Source: Macrostomum hystrix
Taxonomy: Eukaryota > Animalia > Platyhelminthes
NCBI GenBank assembly: GCA_950097015.1
Contig: CATNEN010000038.1
Location: 372,001-436,000, forward strand
Direction: 5' to 3'
DNA length: 64,000 nucleotides
The notes under the pieces were generated by a model, which was given only the letters and a program-made list of their open reading frames with translations, was not told the origin of the DNA and did no database searches. Shown piece after piece: positions 1 through 11,230 of the stretch. A program made the position numbers and the translations under genes. Positions within the stretch are counted from its first letter, which is position 1; each line of letters starts with the position of its first letter.

Positions 1-630
1 GCTGCGTTGCGGTCGATCACCAGATGCCACAGCTGCACGCAAATGGAGCACCTTCACAGCGAATGCTCTGTCCTGCCTCTCAAGGAGCACAGTGAGCTTA
101 TCTCCGGTCAATTCTGGCTACAAAATTTGTTTCCTTAACATCCGAATCACTTGCTGCACATGGCGCCGGCTTCGCCTCGCAACATTCGCCAAGCATCGGC
201 TACGATCTCCCCATCAGCCTCGTGCCTGATGACCTGCGCCAGCACCTCATCGTCATTCATTATACGTGCGTCCGTCATCACCTCGTCCTATCCTCGCCCA
301 ATCCTGTCCTCGGCACTGCGTCGCCTGCCATCCATCCGTCGGAGCAAACCCTTAATCGCTGGCAACGTAGCACCCTCGCGCAGCTCCGGTCTGGCCACTG
401 CCGTCTCCGAGCGAGCTAACAGCACAAGCTCGACCATAATTCCTCCGCCCTGTGCTCTGCCTGTGGTGAGGCGGATGAGTCCGTTCACCACCTCTTCGAC
501 TTCCCGACGAGGCCTATGTCCTACACCATCCCCGATCTCTGGGCCAGTCCAACCGACGTCATCCTGTTCATTGAAGCGCTCTTCCCCGGTGCCGGGACTG
601 GACGGGGCCCGCCTTACTAAGGGCTACCAC
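1..630 (+). mobile_element. Degenerate 3' end of a non-LTR retrotransposon (LINE) ORF2, in DAP1 intron 2, antisense to DAP1
   Basis: Frame 1 reads AALRSITRCHSCTQMEHLHSECSVLPLKEHSEL...*HPNH. After a frameshift it reads ...RSTLAQLRSGHC...CSACGEADESVHHLFDFP...LWASP, the post-RT C-terminal zinc-knuckle-like region of LINEs. It has stops and frameshifts and ends near GGGCTACCAC (~621-630). Confidence 0.8.
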
Positions 631-867
631 ATGATGCTGACCTCAGAAGGCTTCAAAAATAAGTTCATCGTTCATAAAAAAATCAGAAATTTTGATCTAC
701 GAGTATATGGTGGACTTACACAAAAATCGGTTATTCGGTTTGGGGGCTGTCGTGAAGCAGGCAGCGGGTATTTGAAATACCCCCGGGTCGTTGCCCAGAT
801 GTAAAATAGCGTTCTCTTTCTACTGTTAACATGTGTTTTAAATCCTCATTTAATTAATGCTGGTGGA

Positions 868-992
868 ACCCATTTAGCACCTGGATGAACTGAAGCTTTG
901 GAGAATTAAGCGTCTTGCTAAAGGATACACATTTTTTACAGTGAATCAGGAATTGAACCTCCGACCTGTAATTTGTGAATCTGACGCACTAA
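868..992 (-). mobile_element. Old SINE/LINE-tail-like fragment
   Basis: CCCATTTAGCACCTGG...AAGCGTCTTGCTAAAGGATACAC...GGAATTGAACC pattern typical of invertebrate SINEs, with a B-box-like GGTTCAATTCC on the - strand. Confidence 0.4.
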
Positions 993-1039
993 TTAATAGG
1001 CTAAAAGCCCATTTAAAAATATTTCACTTTCTTAAGTAC

Positions 1040-4000
1040 CTGTATTGGCTGCTCAGCCACAGCGCCAGAGTTATACTCGGCCTCCTGCTGCTTCAATTCT
1101 TCAGCGGAAGGCTCGCCTGAGGCAGCAGCTGCAGACTTCTCGCTGTTGCTGGAGTTGCGACTGCGGTTGCCAGGCACACGCATATTGCCTACCTTGGCTG
1201 TTGGTTCAATTGGTCAGTTGAATATTATTTGTAAAAATTGCAAAAGTATTTCAAAGAAGCATAAAGAAGCAACACACAGTATACTAAAATTTACAAGTAA
1301 TTACATAACCTGCTACAGACAAAACTGGCTTATCTCCCTGACTTATCTTATGTGATTACTATACTATCTATTGCATGTTAGTAACTGGCTGTTAAATAAT
1401 TTGGTGGATGAAAAACCAATATGATTTCTTGTATTTGGCATGTCTATTAGGAGTAAGCTACCACTTGTCTAATTTTTTTTATTTTAGAACTTAAAAGATT
1501 AAAAGTTTTCACAAATTAGTAAAATGTGTACATAATATTTAATCAAATGAGTTTGACAGCAAGAGTAAAGTTGTTTACATGTGACAGTAAGATAAGATGA
1601 TAAGAAAGTAACATTTATGTCCTATTATTGCCCTCTGTGTCAATTGACAAATGTAATTCTAAAGTTTACATATGGTTTACATTTCTTAGAAATTTTTTAA
1701 AGTAAATTCCTGCCAAATAAGTTTTACTGTAGCCACACAATTCTTGCCTAACTATCTGCACTTTATTCCAGCAGTGCTTATTTCAGTACTTTGTATTTTC
1801 CATTGTGAATAAAGCTAGCAGAATTGTCTTTTTCAAAGATATGATCTTTATCATTCAGTTTTGAAACAATACAGCTTTTATGCAATATTGTGACTATATG
1901 CAAGATAGGATTCTGATACTAAATATCAAGAGTTTCTAACAAAAAATGATTTGGTTCTAAATTCACAATCATAACTAACCAATCAGAGTTTAGTCAGCTT
2001 AACATGCAGAATAACATGCATCATATACATGCTTGTGCTTGTCATCCAATATGAAAATAACTAGCAAGGCCCAGTCAAATGCAAAAAAGTAGCTATTATA
2101 GATGGTAGTGCTTATTCCCATGGTCCCGTGCCAATTATTTCACTTTTATCCACACTGATCCGTGACAATAATTCTCTGCCTATCTACACTGCAGCTTGTT
2201 TTGCCAATAACTTAAGAACTTAAAGCACATATTTTACAGGAATTGTGTAGCAATTTTTATGTACTAATTACAACTGGCCATACATGTTTTTCCATAAACT
2301 GTAGTACCTGTAGATTACCTTTTAATTATAAGCAATGCACACATTAAATTTCAAAGAAAATGTAAAGTTGCTAACAATCTCATGAGAAATTGCGCCGACA
2401 TTTGTATTGCACACATTTGTATTATGTCAAAAATGTCTACTACTTGTATTACTTGTAATGAAGTACTAACTACTTAATGTAGTACTAAGAAATACAAGTA
2501 AAATATAAGAATATTATTCATAAAAGCTGCCATGTGGATCTATACTCTCGAATCTTACATGTAAGCCGAAAAAATTCAGCATACATTAGCACTAGATTAG
2601 GTGGGGTATATGTATTTCTGGCGTACATAGTGCATACTGAGATACATTGGCATACATCGGCGTACGCCCCCATATGCTGGCTAGCAGTGCTGTGCAGGCA
2701 GAGGCAGACAAGCTGCAGGCACACATTGTGACACATGTTGTGGGGGCATGCGGCTTGCTTGCGTTGCATTACACTAAGAAAGCGAAACATTCCGTGAAAT
2801 GAAATTGAGAAAATTGCATTTTAATTCAGATTGTTGAAAGAAGAGTAAAACAAAATTCCACAAAAGGATCATTGTATGAAAAACTTTGTGGTGAATTTCT
2901 GTTGCAAAAATTTTTTTGTTAGATACTAGATATCCTTTATATAGTTGACATTTTTTGGATACTTGAAAAGTAAAAAATACAAAGTTGGATTTTTGGCAAA
3001 TTTCTATAACCCCCGACCCCAAGTGCCAGTCAGACTGTCAGAGTCAGATTCTCCGATGAGCGTAAAATGACACATATAGTGTTTCAAAATTTTGCATAGG
3101 CCTACAGTTGCTATTTATTTCTGGCATACATTTTATGGGCCACAGTTTGCTTCTGGCATTTCATTTGGGTCCTATTTCATTTTCTGGCCTACAAGACCAT
3201 TTTTCCCGGCGTACAGCCATAGTCCGGATCATGCTGGTTACGGCGTAAATTTCCGGCGTAAATGTCGCTGGTAAATATGTTGGGCGGCATAAGGTTGGCG
3301 TAACTTTTGACCTAAAAATCTGGTGGCGTAAGTGCTTGGCGTAAGTACATGGCATAAATCAAGTGGCGTAAATGTTAGCACAAATGAGATCATTCACGAT
3401 CAAATTATGTATCACTATAGAACATAACACATTTGCGTTGATTATGATGTTAAGGAGCAGCATTAAAACAAAGTTCATTAAAATATTGCAGTTCATATTA
3501 ATGAGATAGCAGAATATCTATTGTAGGATAGCAAACGTTTTTTTAGCTTTAAGATGCTTACTTTGATACTTGATTCAGAATTTGCAACTTGTGAGATTTT
3601 TAAACAGTTGCAACTTCTGAATTTAAATAATCACCGATTAACAAGAATTGTGAAGGACCTTTTTTTGGTGGCGTAAGTCAGAGGGACCTTTTTTTGGTTG
3701 GCGTAAGTCTGGCATAAGTGCCAAAAATGTTGGATTTTTCCTCCGGCGTAAGTCCAGCATGATCCGGACTATGGGCGTACAGTTTAGCACATTTGTAAGT
3801 ATGGGTGTGGATAAGCAGAAAATTATCATCACAGATCCATGTGGATTAAAATTGAGATTAACAACATGGCATACATAAAGAGTTGTCAACCTATTCGTGA
3901 ATACAAGCTGCCGTGTGGATAAACAGAAAATTATTGTCACAGATTCATGTGGATAAAATTGAAATTATTGGCATGGGACTGTGGGAATAAGCACTGCCAT

Positions 4001-4286
4001 TATAGATAGAAGATAGTAAATCATGAAGTGGCAAGCAGCCTTAGTATTAGGCTGTTAAGTCTAACAGTAGTGTTTGGGCTATAAAAAGGAAAATATGTAA
4101 TTTATCAGAGACAAATACCTAGCAATCAAGCCAAGATTAATAGTAAAAACTAGACTTGTATTGTATATCATCTGTAATATGCCTAGTAGTACCGAATAGC
4201 TTTAAGTTTAAGCACAATTTCACAAGAAACATTTTAACCTTACCGGCAGGAGCATGACCCGCTTTCGTTTCTTCGACGTCACTCAT
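1040..4286 (-). CDS. DAP1: Death-associated protein 1 (DAP1) homolog, coding exons 1-2; the rest lies left of the window
   Basis: Exon 1 4286..4244 (MSDVEETKAGHAPA+G, donor GTAAGG) joins in phase to exon 2 1197..1040 (CAG acceptor, GTACTT donor). The product MSDVEETKAGHAPAAKVGNMRVPGNRSRNSS...EQPIQ matches the DAP1 N-terminal signature ETKAGHPPAVKAGGMRI. Confidence 0.85.
2104..3998. mobile_element. Non-autonomous Mutator-like (MULE) TIR element in DAP1 intron 1
   Basis: About 100-bp imperfect TIRs (GGTAGTGCTTATTCCCA...TTATCCACA... at 2104 versus the reverse complement ending ...GGAATAAGCACTGCC at 3998). Flanked by an exact 9-bp direct repeat ATTATAGAT (2095-2103 and 3999-4007). Confidence 0.8.
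3214..3777. mobile_element. TA-flanked MITE (Tc1/mariner-type) nested in the MULE-like element
   Basis: TIRs CAGCCATAGTCCGGATCATGCTGG / CCAGCATGATCCGGACTATGGGCG, TA on both sides, many internal GGCGTAA motifs, no ORF. Confidence 0.75.
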
Positions 4287-7200
4287 TTCTACAAGTTGGT
4301 TTGAAAAAAAGAATTTAATTAAAATATATGTTGACACAGTTGTTGACCAATACGAATCGTCAATTACGCTTAGCATTAATTTAAGAACGTCGCACAACAA
4401 TTGAAACTTCATGAGTCTTTCAATCACGTGAGAGTCTAAATTACGTAAACAGATACATAGTTTAACAAACTAGCTTAAACTACTTTACACTTAAACTAAA
4501 ATAATACTATTAAAAAAACTCAAGGCAAAAATTTTGTGTAGTTTGTAGTTGTTCGTTACTTTTTATGCTTTAAATTATAAAATGTAAAAGTTGAGTCTTT
4601 TAACTTCCATAATTGTCAGTCTTTCCTGGGTTTTAAATAATTGTCCTTCTAGATTGGGTTTCCCTTAAGATCTGAGTTAGTGGTGGACTCTGTTTACAGT
4701 GCCTTAAAAATCAAACTTACCTTTCGGAAGCTCTGTAGACTCTACTTTGAAAACCCTAAAATACAACTTGGGCTGGGCTCTAGAATTTGTATAGTTATAT
4801 ATAGTAATATAATTTGCATAGTTTCTTAATGTTGTTTACATTTACAAACAGTTTCAAACAGCAGAAATTCTAATTATTACGGACAAAAGTATTGCAGTAG
4901 TGTTTTAAATATATTGTTTTTCATAATTTATAATCTTTATTCTATATATCTTTTGTTTATTAGTATACAGTGTTTGTTCAACAACAAAAAATATATTGTA
5001 AATGGCAATTTTCCTGTTTTGTTCACTAATTGTTTATTCATTAGAAAAACATATGTTGCAACAAGAAACAGTTAAAACAATGTGTCGTAGGGCCCTTTTA
5101 TCTTTTTGCTTTTCCTCTATTAATCTCTAATTACTTAAGGTTTAGTTTGTAAATTTTTGGTAGGGCCTAGGATTATCTTAACTATGGGTTTATTTATTCA
5201 TAAATGACTTCTAAGTATCAGCTTTTGAAAGGAAAGACCTCTTGTTGTCTGTTATATCTATAGGTAGCGATTTACGTGTGTCCGAGCGGCAAGACACTTA
5301 ATTAATACTGGTCATAACGCACAAACTTTATTGGTAAATTTGCTACAATACGTACTGATTTGAGTTTTCCAGTCTTAATCAGGTTACCAATGGACTAGAG
5401 TTGCCCAGTCAATTACACAATTTGAATAACTCCTTTTTAGTTCTATTACAGCTTGGCTTTGTCTCAATAGGGAGGTATGAAATGAGTAAGACACTTTCAA
5501 TGATAATATGTAAAACACTGTTTAACTCGCGAGTGAGCGCGGATCTCAGGTTGTCTTTCTCCTAAATTCCCTCTATATTTATAGGATCACATTGGGGTGG
5601 CGTACCCCACTAAAACACAGAACCATTTAAACAAAAATTATATGGTAATATTATTTCGCGCCAATTTGACTTTAAAATGTTTTGATAATTATTACGCTGC
5701 CTCAAATGTTTGAGTTCAAACAATGAGTTCAAAGTTCTAAGTAGCCGAGGGTCTTAAAGTGTCTGTTTATAGTGGGTAATAATTGGCAATACAGAAGAGT
5801 ATGTTGCCAAAGGTGTCATGTGGGTGCATCTTACGGATCCTAGACACTTTGTCATCTTACAACTTCGTCATCTTACAACTTCATCATCCACTTGGAAAGT
5901 AGGACACTTCATCATCCAGCCAATTGGCATACTTTAAAGTTTGGTCAGTTCGTCATCTACTAATAACAAATAAGCAATCAAGTTTGTCATCAATAAAGTG
6001 AGGGTGGGGTGGTGGGGCAGAGGTGTGAAGACACTTCACATCTTAAAATGCCAAAAAGAGGTGTCAAAACTGATTTCATTATAACAGTTGAAAGATAGGT
6101 GCCAACACGATGTGAGGAGGTAGGGAGGGGTGGTTCTGTTCTAACTTTGAAAACTTTTGTTTTAGGCCTATGCATATATAATATGTATCACATAGAAAAT
6201 ATATTGAAGATATACCGTATAGCGCAAAAATAATATTGGACTGCTACACATTAGTAAATTTTTTTAGTTCTACAAAATGTAGTTTATTTTCTAAATTTCA
6301 ATCACACAGAGAATACTTTAAAAAAAAGTAACAAAAGTTACATAATACTTTTTATCTTAACAGTCAGCGCAAATTAGGAATAGAACTAGCTGAGAAAGAG
6401 AATCCCCCTGACCATTTTTATGCTGCACCCAATCAAAACAAAGCAAGCACACAGAACTTTAAAACTGAGGCCAACAATTTGTTACTCATCTTCTAAAACA
6501 AGAATCAAGTCACCAGCTCCTCAGATTGTTAAGATATTAAATGTTTGAGGCTAAAAGTCTGATTTCCCCCAAAAGTGCTAGTGTTTTTCATACTCCAATA
6601 CTCAAATTAACACTATGCCTCAGTGTGGCCTTGTCAGACCTTCGAAATTTATCACCATGTCACCCAAATGTGCCTGCATTATTTCTATCTTTGTTGGGTC
6701 ACCTACATTTATCTGACAAATTTTCTGAACATTCAAGGGCTACAACAAGTGGAAATAGGCCACTATGGACACCCTAACACAAATTTCCCCAATTTCACTG
6801 ATCAAGCCTGAATATTAAGCGCAGCTCAGCCACAGTACACCATCATCTAGTCTGTCAGTTGATCAGTCAGGACCCAACGCTGTTAGAATTCAGGTGCTGC
6901 CAAAAGTTTTTCATAAATTTTAGAAAGAAATTCCATTTTAATTGGTATAAAAAACAGAAGGCAAAAAACAGAATCAATTTTTATTCACTCATTTTTAACA
7001 AAAAAATTTTATAACTTAAGGTTAAGATTCCTCTGAATCAGACCAGTCTTTGTCTTAATCAATCATTAATTGTAATTACCAATAGGTAGCTGACTTGTTA
7101 TGAGCTAATTGATCAATTAAAATGAGTAGATAAAATCAATGGATTGATTTCAATCTATTAGCTAGCTCTAAAAATATATAGAAATATTCTATAGATATAC

Positions 7201-7289
7201 TCAATTTATATATTGATAGCTAATGCAGGTTCCCATTTACAGCTGCATGGTTAAACTGAACCCAAGGAAAAGAAAATGTATAATATTGG

Positions 7290-8612
7290 TTTTCAACTTT
7301 TATTTCAAACTAAGTAACTTCGATTTTGCCCGGCGGTTCTCTGGCTGGCGTTAGTAACTTCAAATTTGCACATGGGAGGCCGGAGGGGGTGTTTTTGTGT
7401 ACCCAATTAGTAACTTTGATTTCGTTCTCAGACCAGCCTGTAAATCAATTTCACAAAATGTAACTTTTTTTTCGTCTCCTCAGCACAGTGATTTTTTGTG
7501 TCCACTCTGTGAAATACAGACTTAATATTTGCCTTTGATCTTTGCCGGCACCGCCACCGACTCCGCCGCTATGCGATTATAATAATTCTGTCAAGTGTCA
7601 AGAGATTTATGGCCCTGTAAATTTATGACCCTATAGCACAGAATCATGAAAATAAAAATTCTGCTAATTAGATAGCACCGACACTTTCACATCCAGCAGC
7701 TCTTGAAGCTCCAATCTTATTGGAGTGACAATACGAGCTCTTTTTGTTGTTTGTCTCCCACTATGTGTCTTGCCTGAAACGTCAAAAAATTATATTAAAA
7801 GTACAGGCCCATCATGACCTATATAAATGTTTAAAGCTAGATAAAAAATTTAAGGCAAAATGAAAGGTACTTTTAGGGGGCAAGGGGGGTCAGCGGCTAA
7901 CGTCGCTGCCTCGCACTCCAAAGGACGCTAGTTCGATTCACCCTTCAGGTCACGATTAATTTCGGTACTTGTTGGGGGGGGGTTTGGACAGTAGCGACCG
8001 GCGGAGGTGCACCTTATTTCGTGCAATCAAAGCTTGAAAAATAGCTTCGCTCCTACCTTTCTGTGTGCCTGTTCTGCGTTGTATGAGTTATGTGCGTTGG
8101 CGCTGGGGCGTTAGACCTTGCGGGGGGTGGCTGGGGGGCGGGTGTACACCGCCGCGCGCTCATCTGGATTTCCGTCAGCGCGATTGGATAAAGTGTACAC
8201 TCGTACCCGCCCCCCCTGAGGACTGATTTCTATCAGCCTTCCGCCCCGGCTTGGTCTGCTCTGTGCGTGTGCGGGCCTGGGGTGAGAGGCACTCCGGCTG
8301 CCACCCCCTTCCCCGCTTGGCTTGCTGCTGTGTGTGTGAGGTGCCTGCTCAGGGGAGGCGGCGCGATGGGCGGCTCTCGCCTAGTTCGCCGGCCTGGGGG
8401 CATGCCGTTCCTGTGTTTGTGCTTCAAGTGCCCCAGGCCCCCCTGCAAAGTAAGTAAGTAAGTAAGAAAGGTACTTTTTGTAAAATTGATTTACTATAAC
8501 TTGGGCAGGCCGGTCTTGCGGACGAAATTAAAGTTACTAATCGGGTACACACGAGCATCCCCCTCCCCGCAGGCGAAATTGGTGTTACTTAGTTTGAAAT
8601 AGAAGTTGAAGA
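7290..8612. mobile_element. TIR element (foldback/MITE-like) interrupted by a SINE
   Basis: TTCAACTTTTATTTCAAACTAAGTAAC...GTGTACCCAATTAGTAACTTTGATTTCG...GACCAGCCTG (7292-7440) is the inverted counterpart of 8507-8610. TSD not resolved. Confidence 0.65.
7876..8465 (+). mobile_element. Full-length tRNA-derived SINE (family 2) with (GTAA)n tail
   Basis: tRNA-like head with A box (GGTCAGCGGCTAACG) and B box (AGTTCGATTC), GC-rich body, (GTAA)4 tail, and a ~13-bp target-site duplication GAAAGGTACTTTT at ~7862 and ~8466. Confidence 0.8.
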
Positions 8613-8892
8613 TATAAGCCTGCTAGTTGAGCCGGGCAATCATACTTCTAATCAGACGAGAATTGGGTTAATCCCCTTAGCTCTTCAGGGGCATCAGGGC
8701 TAGCTAACTCAGTGCACACCTCAAGGTGTGCTCACTAGAGCACGACAAGTTTCTTAATTATTGCATAGAATAAGGTAATCAGGTGTATATGATCTGGTTG
8801 TGAATAATGTCAATTTTCCTAGGATGTTGAATAACTATTGATTCACAGTACCATATACACAATTCGCAGCTGATTCTCTGAAATCTGTTGAA

Positions 8893-9180
8893 ATGTCCGC
8901 CTTCAACAATCCTGATCTGTGGCGCGAACTGGCTCTGCTAGGCGCCCTTGAGGGCAAGCCGGAGAGTCTGCAGATGTACAAACTGCTGACGGGCTTGTCA
9001 TTTGGCTACAATCTGTACAATCAGCTGTCTGGCCAGGCTGAACTGTCGGCCCTCAGGCAGCAGGTAGTTGTCAACATCGTCGATTATATTAAAAAGCACC
9101 CGAGGGCCAGCGAAGATGAGCTAGCCAAAGCGGTTCAAAAAGAGGTCGAAGCCTTTGCTATAGCAGTTGAGAAGGTCTAA
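8893..9180 (+). CDS. Uncharacterised 95-aa, probably alpha-helical protein (single coding exon)
   Basis: Clean ATG..TAA ORF, GC-rich relative to AT-rich flanks, natural amino-acid composition, acceptor-like TTCGCAG ~23 nt upstream of the ATG. Family not recognised. Confidence 0.7.
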   Translation: MSAFNNPDLWRELALLGALEGKPESLQMYKLLTGLSFGYNLYNQLSGQAELSALRQQVVVNIVDYIKKHPRASEDELAKAVQKEVEAFAIAVEKV

Positions 9181-10202
9181 ATTATTGTAATTTCAGAATG
9201 ATTCTGAAACATGTCTAGCTCTTAATTGAACAATGAAATAGTATAGCTTACACCTGTCCTTTGTATTGTCAGTTTCTAATTATTTTGCTGCAGATTTGTT
9301 CTATAAATTTTAGGTAATTTGTTTTCTATTTTTTTAATAATCTTTTACGTTTTAATTCTCGGCTCGACTGTTAACTGATGTTTTATGGAATCAATCTGTT
9401 TTTGCCCTACCCTACGTTAATTATACTACTGCTTTCTGCTATAGTTAGCAGTAGTATTATATGCTAATCGATGTTGCAACATTTCTTGTAAATATAAAAT
9501 GCAATATTCAGTCACTAAGAGATGTTTAAACTTTTGCATATTAAGCACGTCTACAATCCTTCTGATCTATGATATAGATTTGCCTTAATTTTAATAGCTA
9601 CAAATATACTTCAGAAAAAATAAAATGGGAAAACATTGACTCAAGCAGCATACTATTTTTGTCTGTTTATTCATTTTAAGTCAAACCCAAGGTTTGGATC
9701 ACACTGTAATAGTGGACCATGGTATCTAGGAGTTTGTTGTTGTAGTCCGAAATAATTTTTCATTAACTGAAAATTATATCTATAAGACTTCAAACTTTTA
9801 GTTTGTTAGACTAGTGAAAATACACCCTCTATCATTGCGATTCGCCGCCGCATAATGATTGCGTCACTTCAGTCACATTCACTATAACTAATTAACTAAA
9901 TTTTGCCACTGTACCGTTACTGTTGCGACAAGATTGCCAGCAGTCTTTGTCAGCTCGTATTAGATACTTCAGTCAAAGATGTTAGTGCCTAAATGAACGA
10001 CTTCTAAGCTTAAGGTGCGTGTAGTTCCGGCCCGACCCCAAGGAGCCTTCCTTAGTAGAGCGAGAAGCAACTGTACCATGACAACAACGCGATCGCCATA
10101 TTGAATCGCAGTCTAGGCAGATGTGTTGAAGTCTCGTGAACGCGTGTAAGCCCTCTGAAAAATAGCTGAGAATAAAATACAAATCGGCAAAAAGTACGTC
10201 GC

Positions 10203-10460
10203 GAGTGGTAGTGTTGTTAACGCGTTAACCCCTCGGCCTCGCTCCAAGGTACCTGAGCTCGATTCCGCAGCGGGGCCACATTCATTTGTGGCACAGCCTC
10301 AGAAATAAGGCTTAGGAACTTGTCGCAATTGGGGAGGGGGTAGTTTATGCCGATGAAGGCCAACCCCAAGGCACGGAGTGTACTCTGCCCGACATAGAAA
10401 AAGACTCGCTGGCTGTGGATTTCCGGTCAAAAAAATGTGCCAGTGCCCGCAGCCCTTAAA
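10203..10460 (+). mobile_element. Diverged tRNA-derived SINE (family 1) copy
   Basis: AACGCG...CCAAGGTACCTGAGCTCGATTCCGC...GGCCACATTCATTT matches the head of the family-1 copies at 42.8, 49.2 and 58.9 kb. Confidence 0.7.
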
Positions 10461-10558
10461 AACAGACAGCGGATACATATTAGAAGGGCCAATTTTCTCT
10501 CTTATTGTAAACATTAGCAATCAAAATTCAATTCGATGCACGAACCGCAGAGCCCAGC

Positions 10559-11230
10559 ATGGAGGCTGAATTTGAGCGCATCCTATCCGAGATTCGCGAG
10601 GCCGAGGCGCACGCAGCCACCGAGCGCAGCCGCAACGATCAGGTGCGCACCTGCTGGCAGTCGCTGCGCCGCAGCATCGAAGATGAAGTTGGCGGCCTGC
10701 GCCAATTGGCCGAGCGAATCGTGCGCACTCGCGCCGAGCTTCGCGAAGCCACCAAGCGGGCTGCGGCTTCGGCTGCGGCGGCCAGCCTGGCTGCGGTTGG
10801 TGCCGCCGGCGCCAATGCGGCCTGGCGCTGCCACGTTGAAGACGATAATGATGAAGATGCTGATGAGACTAGAAAGGAACGTGCTGCCCCGGTGTCTGAC
10901 GATAATCAATCGGCATCATCAGCTGCCTTATCCTCGCTCCTACACTGCAACAAGCAAGTTTGTCAACTTATTGATCGTTTAATTGAAGACGGCGAGACCA
11001 TTGAGTTAGACTCGGCGCGCGATTCGGCGCAGTTTGAATTGGCACGCAGCGCCCTAGAGACGGCGCAGCTGGAGGAGGCTCGCTTGGAAGCGGGGCTCAG
11101 CGACTATTGGCAGCAGCGGGCCCGGCTACAGGCGGCTCGCACGGGCTGCGCTGAGGCGCTGGATCAGCTGACGCAGCTGGAGCTGCGGCTGGAGAACCAC
11201 GCCGCTGCTGTCACAGACGCCAACCTCTGA
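10559..11230 (+). CDS. 223-aa coiled-coil protein, intronless
   Basis: Very GC-rich ORF with heptad-like E/R/A/L-rich segments at both ends and an acidic linker. The N-terminus loosely recalls CCDC172-type proteins, but this is unverified. Confidence 0.65.
   Translation: MEAEFERILSEIREAEAHAATERSRNDQVRTCWQSLRRSIEDEVGGLRQLAERIVRTRAELREATKRAAASAAAASLAAVGAAGANAAWRCHVEDDNDEDADETRKERAAPVSDDNQSASSAALSSLLHCNKQVCQLIDRLIEDGETIELDSARDSAQFELARSALETAQLEEARLEAGLSDYWQQRARLQAARTGCAEALDQLTQLELRLENHAAAVTDANL

Noticed and set aside
5280-5600. Similarity to 28815-29600 (GGCAAGACACT..., CCAATGGACTAG); also 640-790 vs the reverse complement of 50200-50310
   Set aside because: Probably old dispersed repeats, but too degenerate to set boundaries or a class by eye.
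8216-8245. CTGAGGA followed by a 5-bp stem in SINE family 2 (half hammerhead)
   Set aside because: The required GAAA and cleavage-site stem do not follow.
8712-8740. GCACACCT-CAA-GGTGTGC hairpin followed by CTAG (Helitron 3' end-like)
   Set aside because: It is followed by A rather than T and no matching 5' TC end was found; insufficient support.
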